Assembly: GCA_951406725.2 (NCBI GenBank)
Contig: OX597815.1
Span: 143,096,001 to 143,160,000, forward strand
Length of the DNA: 64,000 nt
From: Octopus vulgaris
Lineage: Eukaryota
Direction: 5' to 3'
Notes under the pieces: model-generated
The model's input: the letters and a program-made list of their open reading frames with translations, nothing else
What the model was told of the DNA's origin: nothing
Database searches by the model: none
In this document: piece after piece, positions 29,101 through 43,636 of the stretch
How the letters are laid out: each line of letters begins with the position of its first letter
How positions within the stretch are numbered: position 1 is the first letter of the stretch
Translations under genes and position numbers: made by a program

Positions 29101-30689
29101 GAATTTTCATGAACAAATTCAGAAGTCAGATTAACACCCTCAAAGCAGTTGAATTCACGTAACACTTTGATATTTATTCACTATTTTGTAGTAAACTGTT
29201 TCAGGTTTAAAAATAACTTCAGATCATACATATATAGTTCTGAAATTGTGTATATAGATCCAGTCTTTAGTTTTACAATATAAATTCACTCTATAGTTCT
29301 GTTTAATAATTTTTACCTATAGTCATATTCTATAGTTATACCTACCTTATAATTTTACTCTATTGTTTTACTCTGTATATCTACTTCACACACCTACTCT
29401 ATTAAATTATTATGTTGTTCTATAGTGTAGTTCTACTTTATAGTTTTGCCTTATAATTCCAATGTAGAGTTCTACAATATTGTTCAAATCATAGTTTTAT
29501 ATTTATTCTCCTTACACTTCAATGCCATAATTCTATTCTGTAGGTGTACTTTAATAGAAAAAGTAACTGTCAATTTTGGCGACATGTTCTTCATACAGAG
29601 CCATATTCAACACAAGTTTTAATTTAGGAGGGGACCATCTTCAATAATGATTCAGTATTAAAATCAAACTTATATCAGAATTGTTTTAACGCTCTGTACC
29701 TCATGTCAGAAATAATATTGAGGAGAATCAATATATATGAGTGATAATATTTCATCTTAATAAAATCCACCGATAAGAATTTTAAACTTCACAATATACA
29801 CAATATATAAACTATATGCAAAAATAACAGTTTCTTTCATTACTATGGAAATTTCGTCATAAATTCTCGTATTACAAATGTAAAGGAGACAATTCGAAAT
29901 AACGAAATGAATAAAAATATAACAGACAAGAAAAATATATCTCACTCGCAGCTTGAGTAGCCAGATGAGTAGATTGACCCAAACTCTGAAGATATGTTCA
30001 AGTACATATTAATAGAAGTGTGAGTCCTTCCACAGTGGTGATCAGTTACTCATCAGATGCACGCATTGGAATATGCATGCATGAATATACGCATCTGTGC
30101 GTTTGTGTGTGTACACACGTGCGTGTGTTTGTGTGTATGTTTGTGCGCGTGTGTGAGTTTGTATATGTCTATTGTCTTTAAATTTCCTGGGAAATAGAAG
30201 TCATTTTGCTATAAAACGTAGCAAAATCGCTCTGAACTTCAGTCACCAGGTTGTTTGAATGGTTCTCTGTGGTTAACTTTTCCTTACACACACACACACA
30301 TACATAAATATGTGTGCTTGTGTGCGTACGTTTGTATATGTGTGTGTGTGTGTGTTTGTGTGTATGTTTGTGCTTGTGTGTGTGTGAATTATTTTAGACC
30401 CTTTATGTTAGGATGACTGCTACTAACTAAAATAACGCAAGTGTGTATGCTAAAGAAAAAACAGCAGAAAAGAGAAACTTAGTGGGAGAGAAGAAATTAA
30501 AGGGAAAACATGGAGGCGGAGAAACTGGATGAAACTGAGGCTTAGAGAAAATTAGAGCCAGAAAGAGCTAAATTTTTTTTAAATGCATTAAGAAGATCTC
30601 TTAAGAGTAGTAAATGCTTATTTAAGCTCATCGGTGCCATAATCCCAAGCTTTAGTATCATAAGTTGTTTGTTACGCCTCCTCAAGTAG

Positions 30690-30890
30690 AGAAACGTTAG
30701 CACACCGGGCGAAATACTTAGTGGTATTTCATCTGTCTTTACGTTCTGGGTTCAAATTCCGCCGTGGTCGACTTTGCCTTTCGTCCTTACGGGGTCGATA
30801 AATTAAGTGCCAGTTGCGTACTGGGGTCGATCTAATCGACTGGCCCTCCTCCCCCAAAATTCCGAGCCTTGTGCCTAGAGTAGAAAAGAA
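30690..30890 (+). mobile_element. tRNA-derived SINE (same head and body as 6853-7085, different tail)
   Basis: gaaacgttagcacaccgggcgaaat..gggttcaaattcc..gtcgactttgcctttcgtccttacggggtcgataaattaag..ccttgtgcctagagtagaaaag. Confidence 0.85.
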
Positions 30891-33571
30891 ACTCCGGACA
30901 ATAAGTATGTAAAAGTGTGATCCACTATACTAAAGGCGATTGGTGACTTGTTCTGGCATACGTAATACAATACTAAGAAATGCGTTTGCAAAAGCAGTCT
31001 GTGTTGGTAAATTTGCATAAGTAAATTTGTATGATGTGCTATTCTGATTTACATCCAGTGATAATTGTAGTGTGATTAGTGTAGCGATAGCTGCTGCATC
31101 TACGATGGACGCATTTCATAATGTCCAGTTCTTTGTGACTGAACGCTATCGAGCTCCTTGAAGGCTGTAAAGAAGTGATTTTTAAACAGCTGATTATCTG
31201 GTGGGAGGGTAGGATTTGGTGGTGGTAGATGAATGAAGAAAGAGTACAACATTGTAGACTATTCGTGGGTGTATAATGGCTTTATTTTGATGGCTTTTGT
31301 TGTTATTTTATGTAGAAACAACACCATGACATATTATACGGACTCTAATGTGCGTTTTATGTCAGATTTGTAGTGCTTTCAGAATAGTTTATCATGAATA
31401 CAGGATTTGTACTGTCATTTCTGAAGACTTTCTCACATCAACATTGTTTTCTTATATAAAAGTATGGTGTATTTGGTAAGAGAAGCTTTTATAAAGGATT
31501 AATTGGAAACCGAATTATTCCTTTTCTTTTTACTGATCCGGGTTAATGAAAGTTAAAAGTTAACCAATTAGCATAAATCCTTTGGCTGAGTCTCTAGCAT
31601 CCCTATGAATATATTCTTTTGTACCCACTCTTTCTTGTAACATTGATATCTCAGAAATGCAAAGCTTGAGTTTCAAGATAACGAGAAATTCTTCATGTCT
31701 TTCTTAACTATGTTACCAACGTAATTCAAATGAATTAGTTACGACCAGTACTTGAAATATGATATCATACGCGGCTTGCTACTTAGTGTACCACCTCCGT
31801 ATAGCACTTGTCACTACAATAATTAATTATCCAGAAAGCATAAAATTGATTCGAAAACCTTTAGCTTCATTAAATCTCTCAAATATTAAACAAAAAAGAA
31901 AGAATAAACTGTCTGCGCCATATTTCATGTTCCGTAAAATATGGCAAACATTGTGTAGTTGAACGTTGAACAGTTAGGGTGTTTTATATTGGCGGATAAG
32001 ATCAAAAGAAATAAAATTTTGCCCCAGAATACAATGGAAATATTCTGATTAAATTTGCGAGAAATTTAATTAGAAATTTATTATAATTAATTTTTGGAAA
32101 AGACTGACATTAGCAAAGAATTATTCAATATACAGAAAGAAACGTATAGTCAAAATCAACCAGCATATTTCATTTGTTTGTAAAGAGAAAATCCAGTGTT
32201 AAAAGGAATAGAGTAATAAAGGAAACTTAATAAATAAAACCTGCAATATTCTTGAACATACTTTTGTGAGAAAATAATTTTATTTATGAATGTACATAGA
32301 AATGAATTAATTGGAATGAATTTCAACAGAAAATGTCAAAATATCTTTAAAGCTAAGTGTAAAAAATATATATTTCAGTAGTTGCATCATGGAATCAGCA
32401 GCTGCTTGCGAAAGTGGAGAATCTATTGCATATAAAAACTGAATAAATATTTTACCATCTCTATTTAGATATTAAAATCTGTTTTATTTAATTTTTATGA
32501 AGCAATGAAATATAGTTCGAATAAAGAATCATAACGACATAGATAAAATGCCCATTATACTCCAGCGACATTGTGGCAACGTCAGAAATTAAATTTGATT
32601 GCTGAAAGAAAGTTTTTAAGTGATATGTGGATGTGCATGTGTTTGTATGTGTATAAGTGTGTGTTTATGTGTGTGTGCGTGTGTGTGGATGTGTGCAAGA
32701 AAGATATGAAATTTTATTCAATACGTCCTGAGGCATACTTGCTGTATTTTGTACGTACCAGAATAAATTTAAAAGCTAAAGAAGGGAAATGTATTGGTTC
32801 GACAGCAATCTTTGACTGCTACGTCTTTCATCAATTCTAGCTGGATTAAAACCTGCGATATATTTCACTGAAGTAGAATTTTAATAAGACTAATAGATAA
32901 GCGTTTACCAGAAGGCCATAAGTATGAAAAACATTTTAACATGTGGTCCTAACATGTGGAACATAGTATCAAAAATCCGACAAACCAGACTACAATACAA
33001 ATTTAATGGAAGAAAGTACTCAATAATTTTGATCGGGTGGATTAACATATTCAAAGCTATGTGCAAGTCGTTATTCGGCGCTTCTTGTAACTGATTTTCA
33101 TGTGAATGAACTTGGCGTCATTGAATCTTTCTTATATAGAGATCGATTAAATCAGATCGAGTCACACAAACCAGCATGGTGATAATTAGTGATATTATAT
33201 AGGGGGTATAATAATAATGCGTAAACAAGAATGAAAATCTATAGAAAATAATCTAATAAAATTTTTTTTAAATAATCCATAGAACAGTGCTACTGAATAA
33301 AGAGATCCACACAAAAGTTTTTTTATTAAAATTCGGATACAGAATTCTAAGGAATATTGTATTTTCAAAAAATCTTTAGAAATGTGAGCAAATGAGATAT
33401 TGTTGAATGAGAAAATTCCTGAAGAATACAGCATGAAATAGTTTTTGTGTGTGCTTTTCACTTGAGTTAGGTCATCTCTAGGTCATCGCCAGGGCTGTAA
33501 TGTATGTGTCCAAATTATACCGGTATGTACGCTGTATCCCGCACATATGAGCAAACGCTCACACATGCACG

Positions 33572-33628
<57 letters not shown>

Positions 33629-34043
33629 ATACACATATACATACGTACATACATATTTACAAACACCGGGAACTCTCTTAACTCAAATGGTCCTGTCGCT
33701 TTGTTTGCAACCAGCTTGAACTCTCTCACGAAGTTAAATTATATTCAATGCAAAATCATATACTCATATGTATGTATGTATCTGTGTGTGCATGTATGCA
33801 TAAATAAAAAAAATCTGGCATATTGTCTGTTAAAACGACAAGGATTCTAGTTGACCCGATCAATGGAACAGCCTGCTCGCAAAATTAATGATGCTAGTCT
33901 TTGAGAACCCCACAGTTGGAAAAAGTGATAGTACCTGTATTTCAAAGAGCCATTCCGTTGCATTTTGTGTCACGTTGAATCTCCTTGAGAACAAAGATAA
34001 GGGTATGTACGTATGTACAGATATATACATGAATATACATATA

Positions 34044-34885
34044 CAGGGTGCGATCGCTAAATTGTCACAATTTTATACTTTTTAATTTTGCGCATGCGCA
34101 TTGTTTGTTTTTTATTTTGTCGACTACACAATATAGTAGAATCAGTTGAGCACCGTCTATGAGAAAAATAGCATGATGACCCAGTTCACTCTGCCAGAAA
34201 TTTGGAAGTGACATGCTTTACTGCTTGGCATTCGGGCCGGAAGCTCCAATATGAACATTTCTGAGTGTTTGCCGTGTCCCCAAAACATGTACCGAGAGTG
34301 ATAAAAATCAAACATCCAGTCAACATCATGGTGTGTAGAGTGATCACTAGTGATTGCGGCGTTATGCCTCCGTTCATTTTCCCACACGGCCTTAGACTTA
34401 ACACAGAGGTCTACATCAGTGCCTGAAAGAGGTAGCGTTTCTCTGGATCAAGAGGGTAGCTGCCGGAGGACGCTATATCTGGCAACAGGTCTCTGCATTA
34501 TGTCACACAAGTAGGAGAACCCAATCATGACAGTCGGACAGTTTCTGCGACCGCATTACTCCTAACTTCTGGCCACCTAACTCCTCGGATTGCAACCCCC
34601 TTGATTATTACGTGTTGGGTGGGTTGCGCGAGAGACCAGCAAAACTCCTAACACCAAAGATGACGTGAAGGCAAGGATTATAACAGCATTCACCATCTTA
34701 AACAAGGAGACCGTCCAGAAAAGTTTCAGGAGATTGGAACCAATGGTGACTTTATTGAATACATTTACTCTTTAGTATTTCAAGATATTCTTATGTAATT
34801 TTGGTAAATATATCTGTTAAAATGAGATGTCAGTGTTATTGTCATTTTTGCGTAATTTAGACGACCGTTTAGTCACTGCATCCTG
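34044..34885 (+). mobile_element. internally deleted Tc1/mariner-superfamily (maT/DD37D-like) transposon
   Basis: TA-cagggtgc..gcatcctg-TA ends; KHPVNIMV..MPPFIFPHGLRLNTEVY..YIWQQ..FWPPNSSDCNPLDYYV. Confidence 0.85.
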
Positions 34886-35489
34886 TATACTGTTATAGCA
34901 GCTACACTTTTAAAACACAATAGCTTAAAGTAACATAGATTCATGAGTGTATATTACGCATATATACTCACGAATATATAGCAATATATCACTGTATAAA
35001 TGAGCATTTAAATATGGGTGTATAAGATTTCATGAACATACATATTTGAACGCTGCAAAACACCCATACAGAAATACGATCGTGTTTAAACTTCCATGTG
35101 TAGATATGTATGTATTATGAATGTATGTATGTATGTATGTATGTATGTATGTATGTATGTATGTATGTATGTGTGTGTGTGTGTATCCATCTGTGTGTAC
35201 TTGAGTACTTGAGTACAAGTGACGTTTATGTTTATATAAGTGTATTTATCCTCACTTCAATACGAGTTTCTGGCTGGCTGACAAATATACACTCACGGTT
35301 CAAAATTAGCGCTAAAGAATTTGGCAGATGTTCAGGAGAATGTCTCTTGGAAAGATAAAGATAACTGATTAAAACAGAAGGATGATCTTAAAAGTTTTGT
35401 GAAAATTAACGTTCAGACGTAACTGTGTGACGAGAAATTTAACTGGGACTGCATGTATATACTCATACACCTATACACGTAGGTCGATC

Positions 35490-36030
<541 letters not shown>

Positions 36031-36446
36031 TTGTGTTACTGAGTTTGATTATTTTAAACCACTGTATGTCGAACAAACACAAATGTTTTCTGTGTGGTCC
36101 TTTCTTTTTATATATGTTTATGTTGATATTTTCATGGATGTTATTTTAGCTAACTCATTTCTTTCATCTCTTTTCGGAATGTTCTATTGTTGATATGTAT
36201 GTCAGTCAGCAGGAAGAGTAGAACGACGATCTCGATGATCTATGGTTTTTAACTTCAAATTCTGTTTAGATTAATTTCGCATTGCTTCTGTCCAGAGTCG
36301 ATCGTATAAATAACAGTAACATACAAGAATAAAACCAAATTGTTCTCTGTTTAAATATTTGTTTCGCAAGAGTCTTGATGTGAAATGGTCTGTTGAAACA
36401 GATATTGTTATTTCGGGATGACGATTTTTTTTTTTTTGCCAAATGG

Positions 36447-36690
36447 TGCAGGAGTGGGTGTATGGTTAGAAGCTTGCTTTCCGACCACATGGTTTCGGGT
36501 TCAGTTCTACTGTGTGGCTCCTTGGGCAAGTGTGTTTACGCCCCCGTAACTTAGCGGTTTGGCAACAGAGACCGATAGAATAAGTACTAGACTTATAAAG
36601 ATTAAGTCCTGGGGTCGATTTGCTTGACCAAAGGCGGTGCTCCAGCATGGCCACAGTCACATGACTGAAACAAATAAAAGAGTAAACAAT
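36447..36690 (+). mobile_element. internally deleted copy of the abundant SINE
   Basis: Head joined directly to the 3' half at ggcaagtgt/gtttacg. Confidence 0.85.
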
Positions 36691-36695
36691 ATATA

Positions 36696-36728
<33 letters not shown>

Positions 36729-37189
36729 TTAAAAATCAGAAAATATAGAATACTTTTGATCAATAATCAAACAAATTGAACCACATCGGCTGATTATTTT
36801 TTAATATAAAAACGTGACATAACATTTCTTACGGCCGTTTCTGCAAACAGTGTTAGTCGGTGCTTACGAAATAAATTTCGAAAATAACATTCATCATCTT
36901 CATAGCAGATTCGATCTAGTGCATGGAGTTTCATCAGTGTGACTACAAAAGCGTAAAATGAAATAAACGAAAAGAGGGAATAGGGAACAACAGGGCATCG
37001 GGAAGAGGACAGAAGGCTCAATATATTAAAATCATACCATCTTGCAGCATGGAAATTGAAGTCGATAGGCAAAAGAGTGAACTATCAATGGCCTAGGGAA
37101 ATATTTACCGGTTATTTCTATATAAAGGGGGAACCAGGATATTTGAACCATACTGAGATGAAGTAAGTACTAAAATAATACATGCATGT

Positions 37190-37412
37190 ATGTGTGTGCG
37201 TATGTGTGCATTTGTGTCTGCGTTTGTCACCCCTCCATCGCTTGACAATCGATGTTACTGTGCTTACGTCCCCGTAACTTAGCGGTTCGCCAATAGGGTC
37301 CGATAGAATAAGTACTAGGCTTACAAAGAATAAATCCTGGTGTCGATTTGTTCGACTAAAAGCGGCGCTCCAGATGGCCGCAGTCAAATGTCTGAAACAA
37401 GTAAAAGAATAC
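37190..37412 (+). mobile_element. 3' half of the abundant SINE
   Basis: catcgcttgacaatcgatg..ccccgtaacttagcggttcg..aaacaagtaaaagaata. Confidence 0.85.
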
Positions 37413-37449
37413 ATAAACACACGCACTATACACTTCACTTCAACTTCAT

Positions 37450-38000
37450 TATTTCGTGTCAATAACTTGGGTGGTTTTTATTTGGTTGTCTGTATTTATG
37501 CAGTGCCGTCGAACATGAAAGAGCTTTATTGTCAATTTCGCCTGGTCTTTGTGGAGGGTTAGTAGTTACTGATAGGGGAACACTGTGTTTTTCTTTTGTT
37601 TTGTTTTTTTTGCAACTCTGAACTTGACCGGTCTTTGTGAGACATCCTTATCAATGTTCAAGCTAATGTTTCACCAAGAAAGATCCTTAGAGATAGTGTG
37701 AGCTGGCGTTTGAAGTGATTTTGAAGATTCTAATTGTCTTCTTTTAGAGATGACTGCAATAATCTTGTCTTAATATAAATAGTGTTTAAGCCTATTAAGG
37801 ATACGAAATTAGAATGAGTTTAGTGGAAGATGTTTTCGAGCTCTTATCAATGAATGAGTGCAGATTTGGCATGAGAGTATAAGTTTTACGTGGTTGTCAA
37901 TTGTGTAAGAAATATTAAAGAGGAAGGAAAGTTTTTATCGTTTAATAAACGTTGGTGTAGTTGGGAGTGATGTTTTGGAGAAGAGTGATTCAGAGAAAGC
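37450..38000 (-). pseudogene. possible very degenerate Penelope-type RT fragment
   Basis: Broken KLY..K-H, SL-I, TVFP and FMFDG..IQ-like motifs in the expected order; weak. Confidence 0.3.
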
Positions 38001-38199
38001 GAACTAGATAGTCGGTAGAGTATTGGTCAAAGAGATTTCCATTAGCACACGCTGTAATGGTAAGTGAGATTTGATAGGAAAGCCATCGAAGCAAGAGATG
38101 TGAGACAGATCGAGCCTATAAGGCCAGTAGTTTTGCTGGTAGGTTTGCGTGTCAGCTTTGCTGATGTCGATAACAACAATTGCTTTCAGAAAATCTATC

Positions 38200-38200
<1 letters not shown>

Positions 38201-38257
<57 letters not shown>

Positions 38258-38267
38258 GGTGGTGGTG

Positions 38268-38330
<63 letters not shown>
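38201..38330. repeat. (AGT)n(GGT)n(AGT)n microsatellite
   Basis: Seen directly. Confidence 0.97.
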
Positions 38331-38640
38331 TGAACAGCTGTCCATATGTCACTGTTGTAGCTTTCTATCTCACCGGTCAATTCTGTTTAATATTTCTGTA
38401 CAATTAGCAATGATCAAAAACTAGAGAGAAACGCAAACGATACTCAGCCAGTTTAATGGTCCTCTCATAAAATCTCAGACCATTTACTGTCTAACACAAT
38501 ACACAATACACACGATCTACATTCCTTATATTCTGTCTACTGTATACAATATAACACACATTACTTTACTCTTTGAAGTCAGACTACTCTCTCAAGTTTA
38601 TATTAACGCCAGCAATTCAAAGTCTGCGTCCGTACGTACA

Positions 38641-38708
<68 letters not shown>

Positions 38709-39109
38709 ACACATACTCTCGCTCATACACACACATTTACACTTGTACGCACTCACACATACACCCGATCTTGCACATAAACGCATTTCCAGCCGCACAT
38801 GAATACGTGCACATACATACGAACCTATGATTAAGATGTAATATGTGGAATTATGAAAGTGATTAATACTCACTTGTGAGGCTATTATATAAATATATGT
38901 ATATATGTACGAGCTTACATATATAGGTATAGATGTGTGGGTGCGCGCGCGCGTGTGTGGGTGCGCGCGTGCGTGTGTGTGTGCATTGTAGATGTACAGA
39001 TGGATGCTACTTTCTTTTTTAATTATTTGAACACTTGCTATAGAAAAGAGCTGCTTTCTGACAGAGAAACAAAGCTTCACACATATTGACTGAACGTCGA
39101 TGGGTGAGA

Positions 39110-39271
39110 ACTGTGAGGTAAGAGGCTTGCTTCCTAACCATACAGTTCCGGGATCAGTCCCACAGCGTAGCACCGTGGGCAAGTGTTTTCTACTATTGCC
39201 TTCTTCTATAGCCTCGGGCCGATCAAAGCCTTGTGAGTGGATTTGGTAGATGGAAACTGAAAGTAGCTCCG

Positions 39272-39320
<49 letters not shown>

Positions 39321-39618
39321 ATATTGGCAGGGCTTACTGCTAGGGAGTCGGCCATATATATATATATATATATATAACATAAGGGACATTAGCCATTTGA
39401 ATGTGGCTAGGGACAGGGCAGGGCGGTGGGGGTGCTACTGATGCATTTAGCCCCAGGCGATCATCAACGTCACCAGATAGACTGACACCATCACGGTGTC
39501 CTCTATCCTGCAAAGGGAGATCACCGCCCTGCCCTGTCCCTAGCCACATTCAAATGGCTAATGTCCCTTATGTTATGGAGCAGTTACTGTCTATATCTCG
39601 TTTAGAGAATTATTATTG

Positions 39619-39680
<62 letters not shown>

Positions 39681-40042
39681 TACTATTGCCGAACAAAGCC
39701 TTGTGAGTTGAATTGGCTGATGGAAACTGAAATAAGCTTGTTGTATCCATACATGTGTGTATGTATGTATGTATGTATGTATGTATGTATGTATGTATGT
39801 ATGTATGTGTGTGTGTGTGTGTATGTATGTATGTGTGTGTGTGCGTTTCTATCTGTGTTCGTCCTCAACCACCGCCTGATAACTGGTGTTGGTTGGTTTA
39901 CGTTCCCGTAACTTAACGCTTCGACAAAAGGTTCTGATACAATAAATATGTACTGAGGTCGATTCATTAGACTTAAGCTCTTCAAGGTGGTGCTCCAGCA
40001 TGGCTACAATCTAATTACTGATGCAAGTAAAAGATAAAAGAT
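39110..40042 (+). mobile_element. abundant SINE split at its internal (TA)n by a fold-back insertion
   Basis: Head and 5' half 39110-39272; repeated middle piece and 3' half 39678-40042. Confidence 0.7.
39374..39576. repeat. perfect 55-bp inverted repeat around a 93-bp spacer
   Basis: Arms 39374-39428 and 39522-39576 are exact reverse complements. Confidence 0.97.
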
Positions 40043-40049
40043 ATTGATT

Positions 40050-40267
40050 TCAAAATTTGATACAAAGCCAGCAACTGCGGGTAAGGGGGTTAGTCGATTA
40101 CATTGACCCCCAATTCTCGCTCCACTGCTACTTATTTCATCGAACAAGAAAGGAGGAAACTCCAAGTCGACCCGGGCGGAATTTGAACTCAGAAAGTAAA
40201 AAAACCAGACGCAATGCTGCTAAGCATTTTGCCTGATGTGCTAACGATTCTACCAGCTCCTTGCCTT
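40050..40267 (-). mobile_element. tRNA-derived SINE (family of 6853-7085)
   Basis: aagtcgacccgggcggaatttgaactcagaa..gctaacgattctaccagctc. Confidence 0.8.
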
Positions 40268-40292
40268 TAAAAGATAAAAGACATTATACAGA

Positions 40293-40450
<158 letters not shown>

Positions 40451-40963
40451 CCTCTGTGCTTCTGTGTCCGTATGTGTGTAGCTGAATTGATGTTACTGTT
40501 TTCGTATCATTTGACACTTGCTACAGAAAAGTGTCGGTTTCTAATAAAGAAGCAAAGTTCCATCGTTGAAATTCGGTGAACATCGAGAATGTATTGTTAG
40601 ACTTTCATATATTAAGTTTTGAGCTTACATATATTTAAGTATTCCCCTTACAGATTGTATTCCTAAAATACGTTTTAGCATTATCGATGCGCTTAACTTT
40701 GCCTCGATCGACAACAAAAAATATGCGAATACAATAGCATAATATTCCAGTGGCTATGGGTAAAATTGGGATGATGTTAATAACGATGAAGATGATGACG
40801 ATGATTACGATGGGGGGGGTTCTAATTCAGGTACAAGCCCTGAAAGCTTGAAGGGAGGGATTCGTTGATATCATCGACTCCAGTACTTGATTTGCACTCT
40901 ATCGTCCAGAGAGGGATAAACGGCAAAACGAACCTATAATAATAATAATTCTATACAATGCAG

Positions 40964-41068
<105 letters not shown>

Positions 41069-41093
41069 TGTGCGTGTGTGTGTGTGTATAAAA

Positions 41094-41300
41094 AGTAATC
41101 CCTTGATTATCGCGGGTGTTATGGTCCAAAACCTTCCGTAATAGGTGAAAATCGGCGAAGTAGAAACAGTACTGTATTGCATATATTTTATAATTTCTTT
41201 ATATTTATTTTATTGTAAAGGCAAAACACCAAGGAAGAATCGACGTAAGCTTAAAGGATAAACCGCGATAAGTAAGCTGCGATATGGCAAGGGATTACTG
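41094..41300. mobile_element. Tigger-type MITE
   Basis: TIRs agtaatcccttgattatcgcgg and ctgcgatatggcaagggattactg-TA. Confidence 0.75.
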
Positions 41301-42267
41301 TATATGTATATAAAGATTATCAGCACATACTTAACGTGTATGCTTTGTGCATTTACCAGTAGGCTGTTATTGAGGTGGTGGATGCTAAAACACCGGATGG
41401 TAAAGCGCCGAGTGATAAAGCACCTTAGAGCAATGGACAGGCGAGATAACTCACCTACAATCCCATCTAGGAAATACACAAAGCATATACGTTAAGTATA
41501 TGTGGTTGTTAATGTTTATTACGTGTGTGTTGTTTCTATTTCATGTTTGAATTTGTTCTTACATATGCATTGTCCGGGCATACCTGCACGTTGTTTTGCT
41601 TGCACGCTATGAGCATATAAATTATGGACTGGTGAAACTATTTATCTCCAATCCTGATCGGGTACATGACGTCGACAAGCCACAAAAATGGTGAAACATC
41701 GATGTCCATCACACCTACTTGAATGGGCCTCGATACGCCGAAACTTGAGCTACAAAATGCCCCAAAAGATCTTTTTTGGTGTTGCTGCTAACTTGAACAT
41801 GGTCTGCGACAATTTTTGGCCGAAACGTATCTGAGTTTATCTAAGTCAAGTTATAAATGCATGCATACATGCTCGCGCGCGTATTCAGAAAAATAGCTTC
41901 TCTATCCTCAGGTTTCCGACGGACAAATCACTTCTGACAGTAAAATCAATATGAATTGCCATTGCCGGTTATTTGCACTGTCATACTATATCCGTTACCG
42001 TTAAACTCATCGTCATACTTTTCATATGCAGAGTAAATAATTCTCACTAAACATTAGTTAAAGTTTTTATTTGCACATTAAATACAACGCATTTCATCAG
42101 CAATGAAAAACGAAATTGAAATACAAAAAAAAAATTATGAATATCAGGTTTACTCAATATGTACACGCTAAAAAAATGAACAGATCCAAGTTATTTTTAA
42201 ACATAGAATCACAAAATAACATGCAGCTTGAAGATAGCACGGCTTAAATTGAAGGAAGAAAAGAAAC

Positions 42268-42670
42268 ATTCTAAAAAGACAAATTACGAGCAATGCCTCT
42301 TAAATAATGCAGTGTTTTACGATTTTGTTATGCATTGACGATGCATTGAATCCACGCTACCCGATGTATTTTCTTTTTACGGAGTGGAATTTCTGCACCG
42401 TCGATATAATGTTTGATTATTGCTTCGTTTCTAGATTGTACCTTTTGTATTTTTTTTTCTTCAAGATGTTTATCAATTTCCAGATGATGGAATGGAGTTT
42501 TTTGGCTTTGAATTTCTTTGTCATTGTTCATAAAATGCGACATATTTACACTGCGAACAGAACATTTAAACAATGTTTAGCGATGTATGTACTCTTCGGA
42601 TAAAAAGTATAATGAAGAATTTTCTGACAATGTATTGGCAATATGTTCTTGGAACCTGACGCGAGTTTTA
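42268..42670 (-). pseudogene. degenerate MULE (Mutator-like) transposase C-terminus
   Basis: ..PSIWKLINILKK..HYIDGAEIPLRKKK..IQCIVNA..HYLRGIARNLSF*, resembling MULE termini (YLRAIAHN). Confidence 0.6.
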
Positions 42671-42766
42671 TGCGTTATAGATAGATAGATTGATAAATAG
42701 ATATGTGCGTATACATATATATACACTCGTTTTTATGTGTATATACACACACATATACACATGTGC

Positions 42767-42797
<31 letters not shown>

Positions 42798-42885
42798 CAT
42801 ACATGCATACATGCATGCATACATACATACATACATACATACATACATACATACATACATACATACATACATACATACATACATA

Positions 42886-43200
42886 CATGGTGGCTACCCA
42901 CTCGTTATCGAGTATGGCCATTGCGCGAAGCTTAATCAATGTTGCTATCGTGCAATGCCTGTGCAAGAAGATTTTTTTTTAAGTGAGGAAAGGCTATGTA
43001 CTGAGTCAATCCCACTCACTAAGCAACAGCAACCATAATCCGAAAAGAAGAACAAATCAACATCATCGGTAACCACTGAGCCGCAGGTTTTATGTCGGAG
43101 TTATCCCAGTCACCTGAGTTACCTTCTCCTAGAAGGATGCCCTAACAAAGGCTAGGAGTCCTTCACTCCCAATGGTTTAACCGCGCGATCGGGTATTCAG
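42886..43200 (-). mobile_element. non-autonomous RTE-dependent element (bipartite type)
   Basis: 3' end 29/39 identical to the RTE tail at 18887-18925 followed by (TATG)n; ttgttagggcatccttctaggagaaggtaactc recalls the RTE 5'UTR motif. Confidence 0.65.
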
Positions 43201-43340
43201 TCCGATTATTTCTATGTCCCCGCGCATGATACAGCCTTAAGACATTTATTGGATGAGATGAGATTCCGTTTTTCAAATAGAAGAAAGAAAATTTTCAAGC
43301 TAATGTGTGTTTTGATGTTGAGGGTGTGTGTGTGTGTGCG

Positions 43341-43429
<89 letters not shown>

Positions 43430-43636
43430 AACATCAACGTTGAAGTTGATTTTAATCTTCCATTATTTAATACTGAGTCTTCGTACCACCAAACTCGGAG
43501 TTTTTCTGAGCCACCGACTTTGTATAAAAGTTGTCTCTAATTAAAACCAAAACTCGTGATCAATATATTTCTTTAGATCAGAAACACTGACCATTACTGC
43601 AAAACATGTGAGATGACATGGTTTTACGATGTTTCT

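Larger units (their letters stand above)
25660..29550. repeat. decayed ~13-bp minisatellite (agttctacactat), interrupted by later insertions
   Basis: Clearest at ~25850-25900; degenerate units at 25660-26210, 26560-27060 and 29230-29550. Confidence 0.65.
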
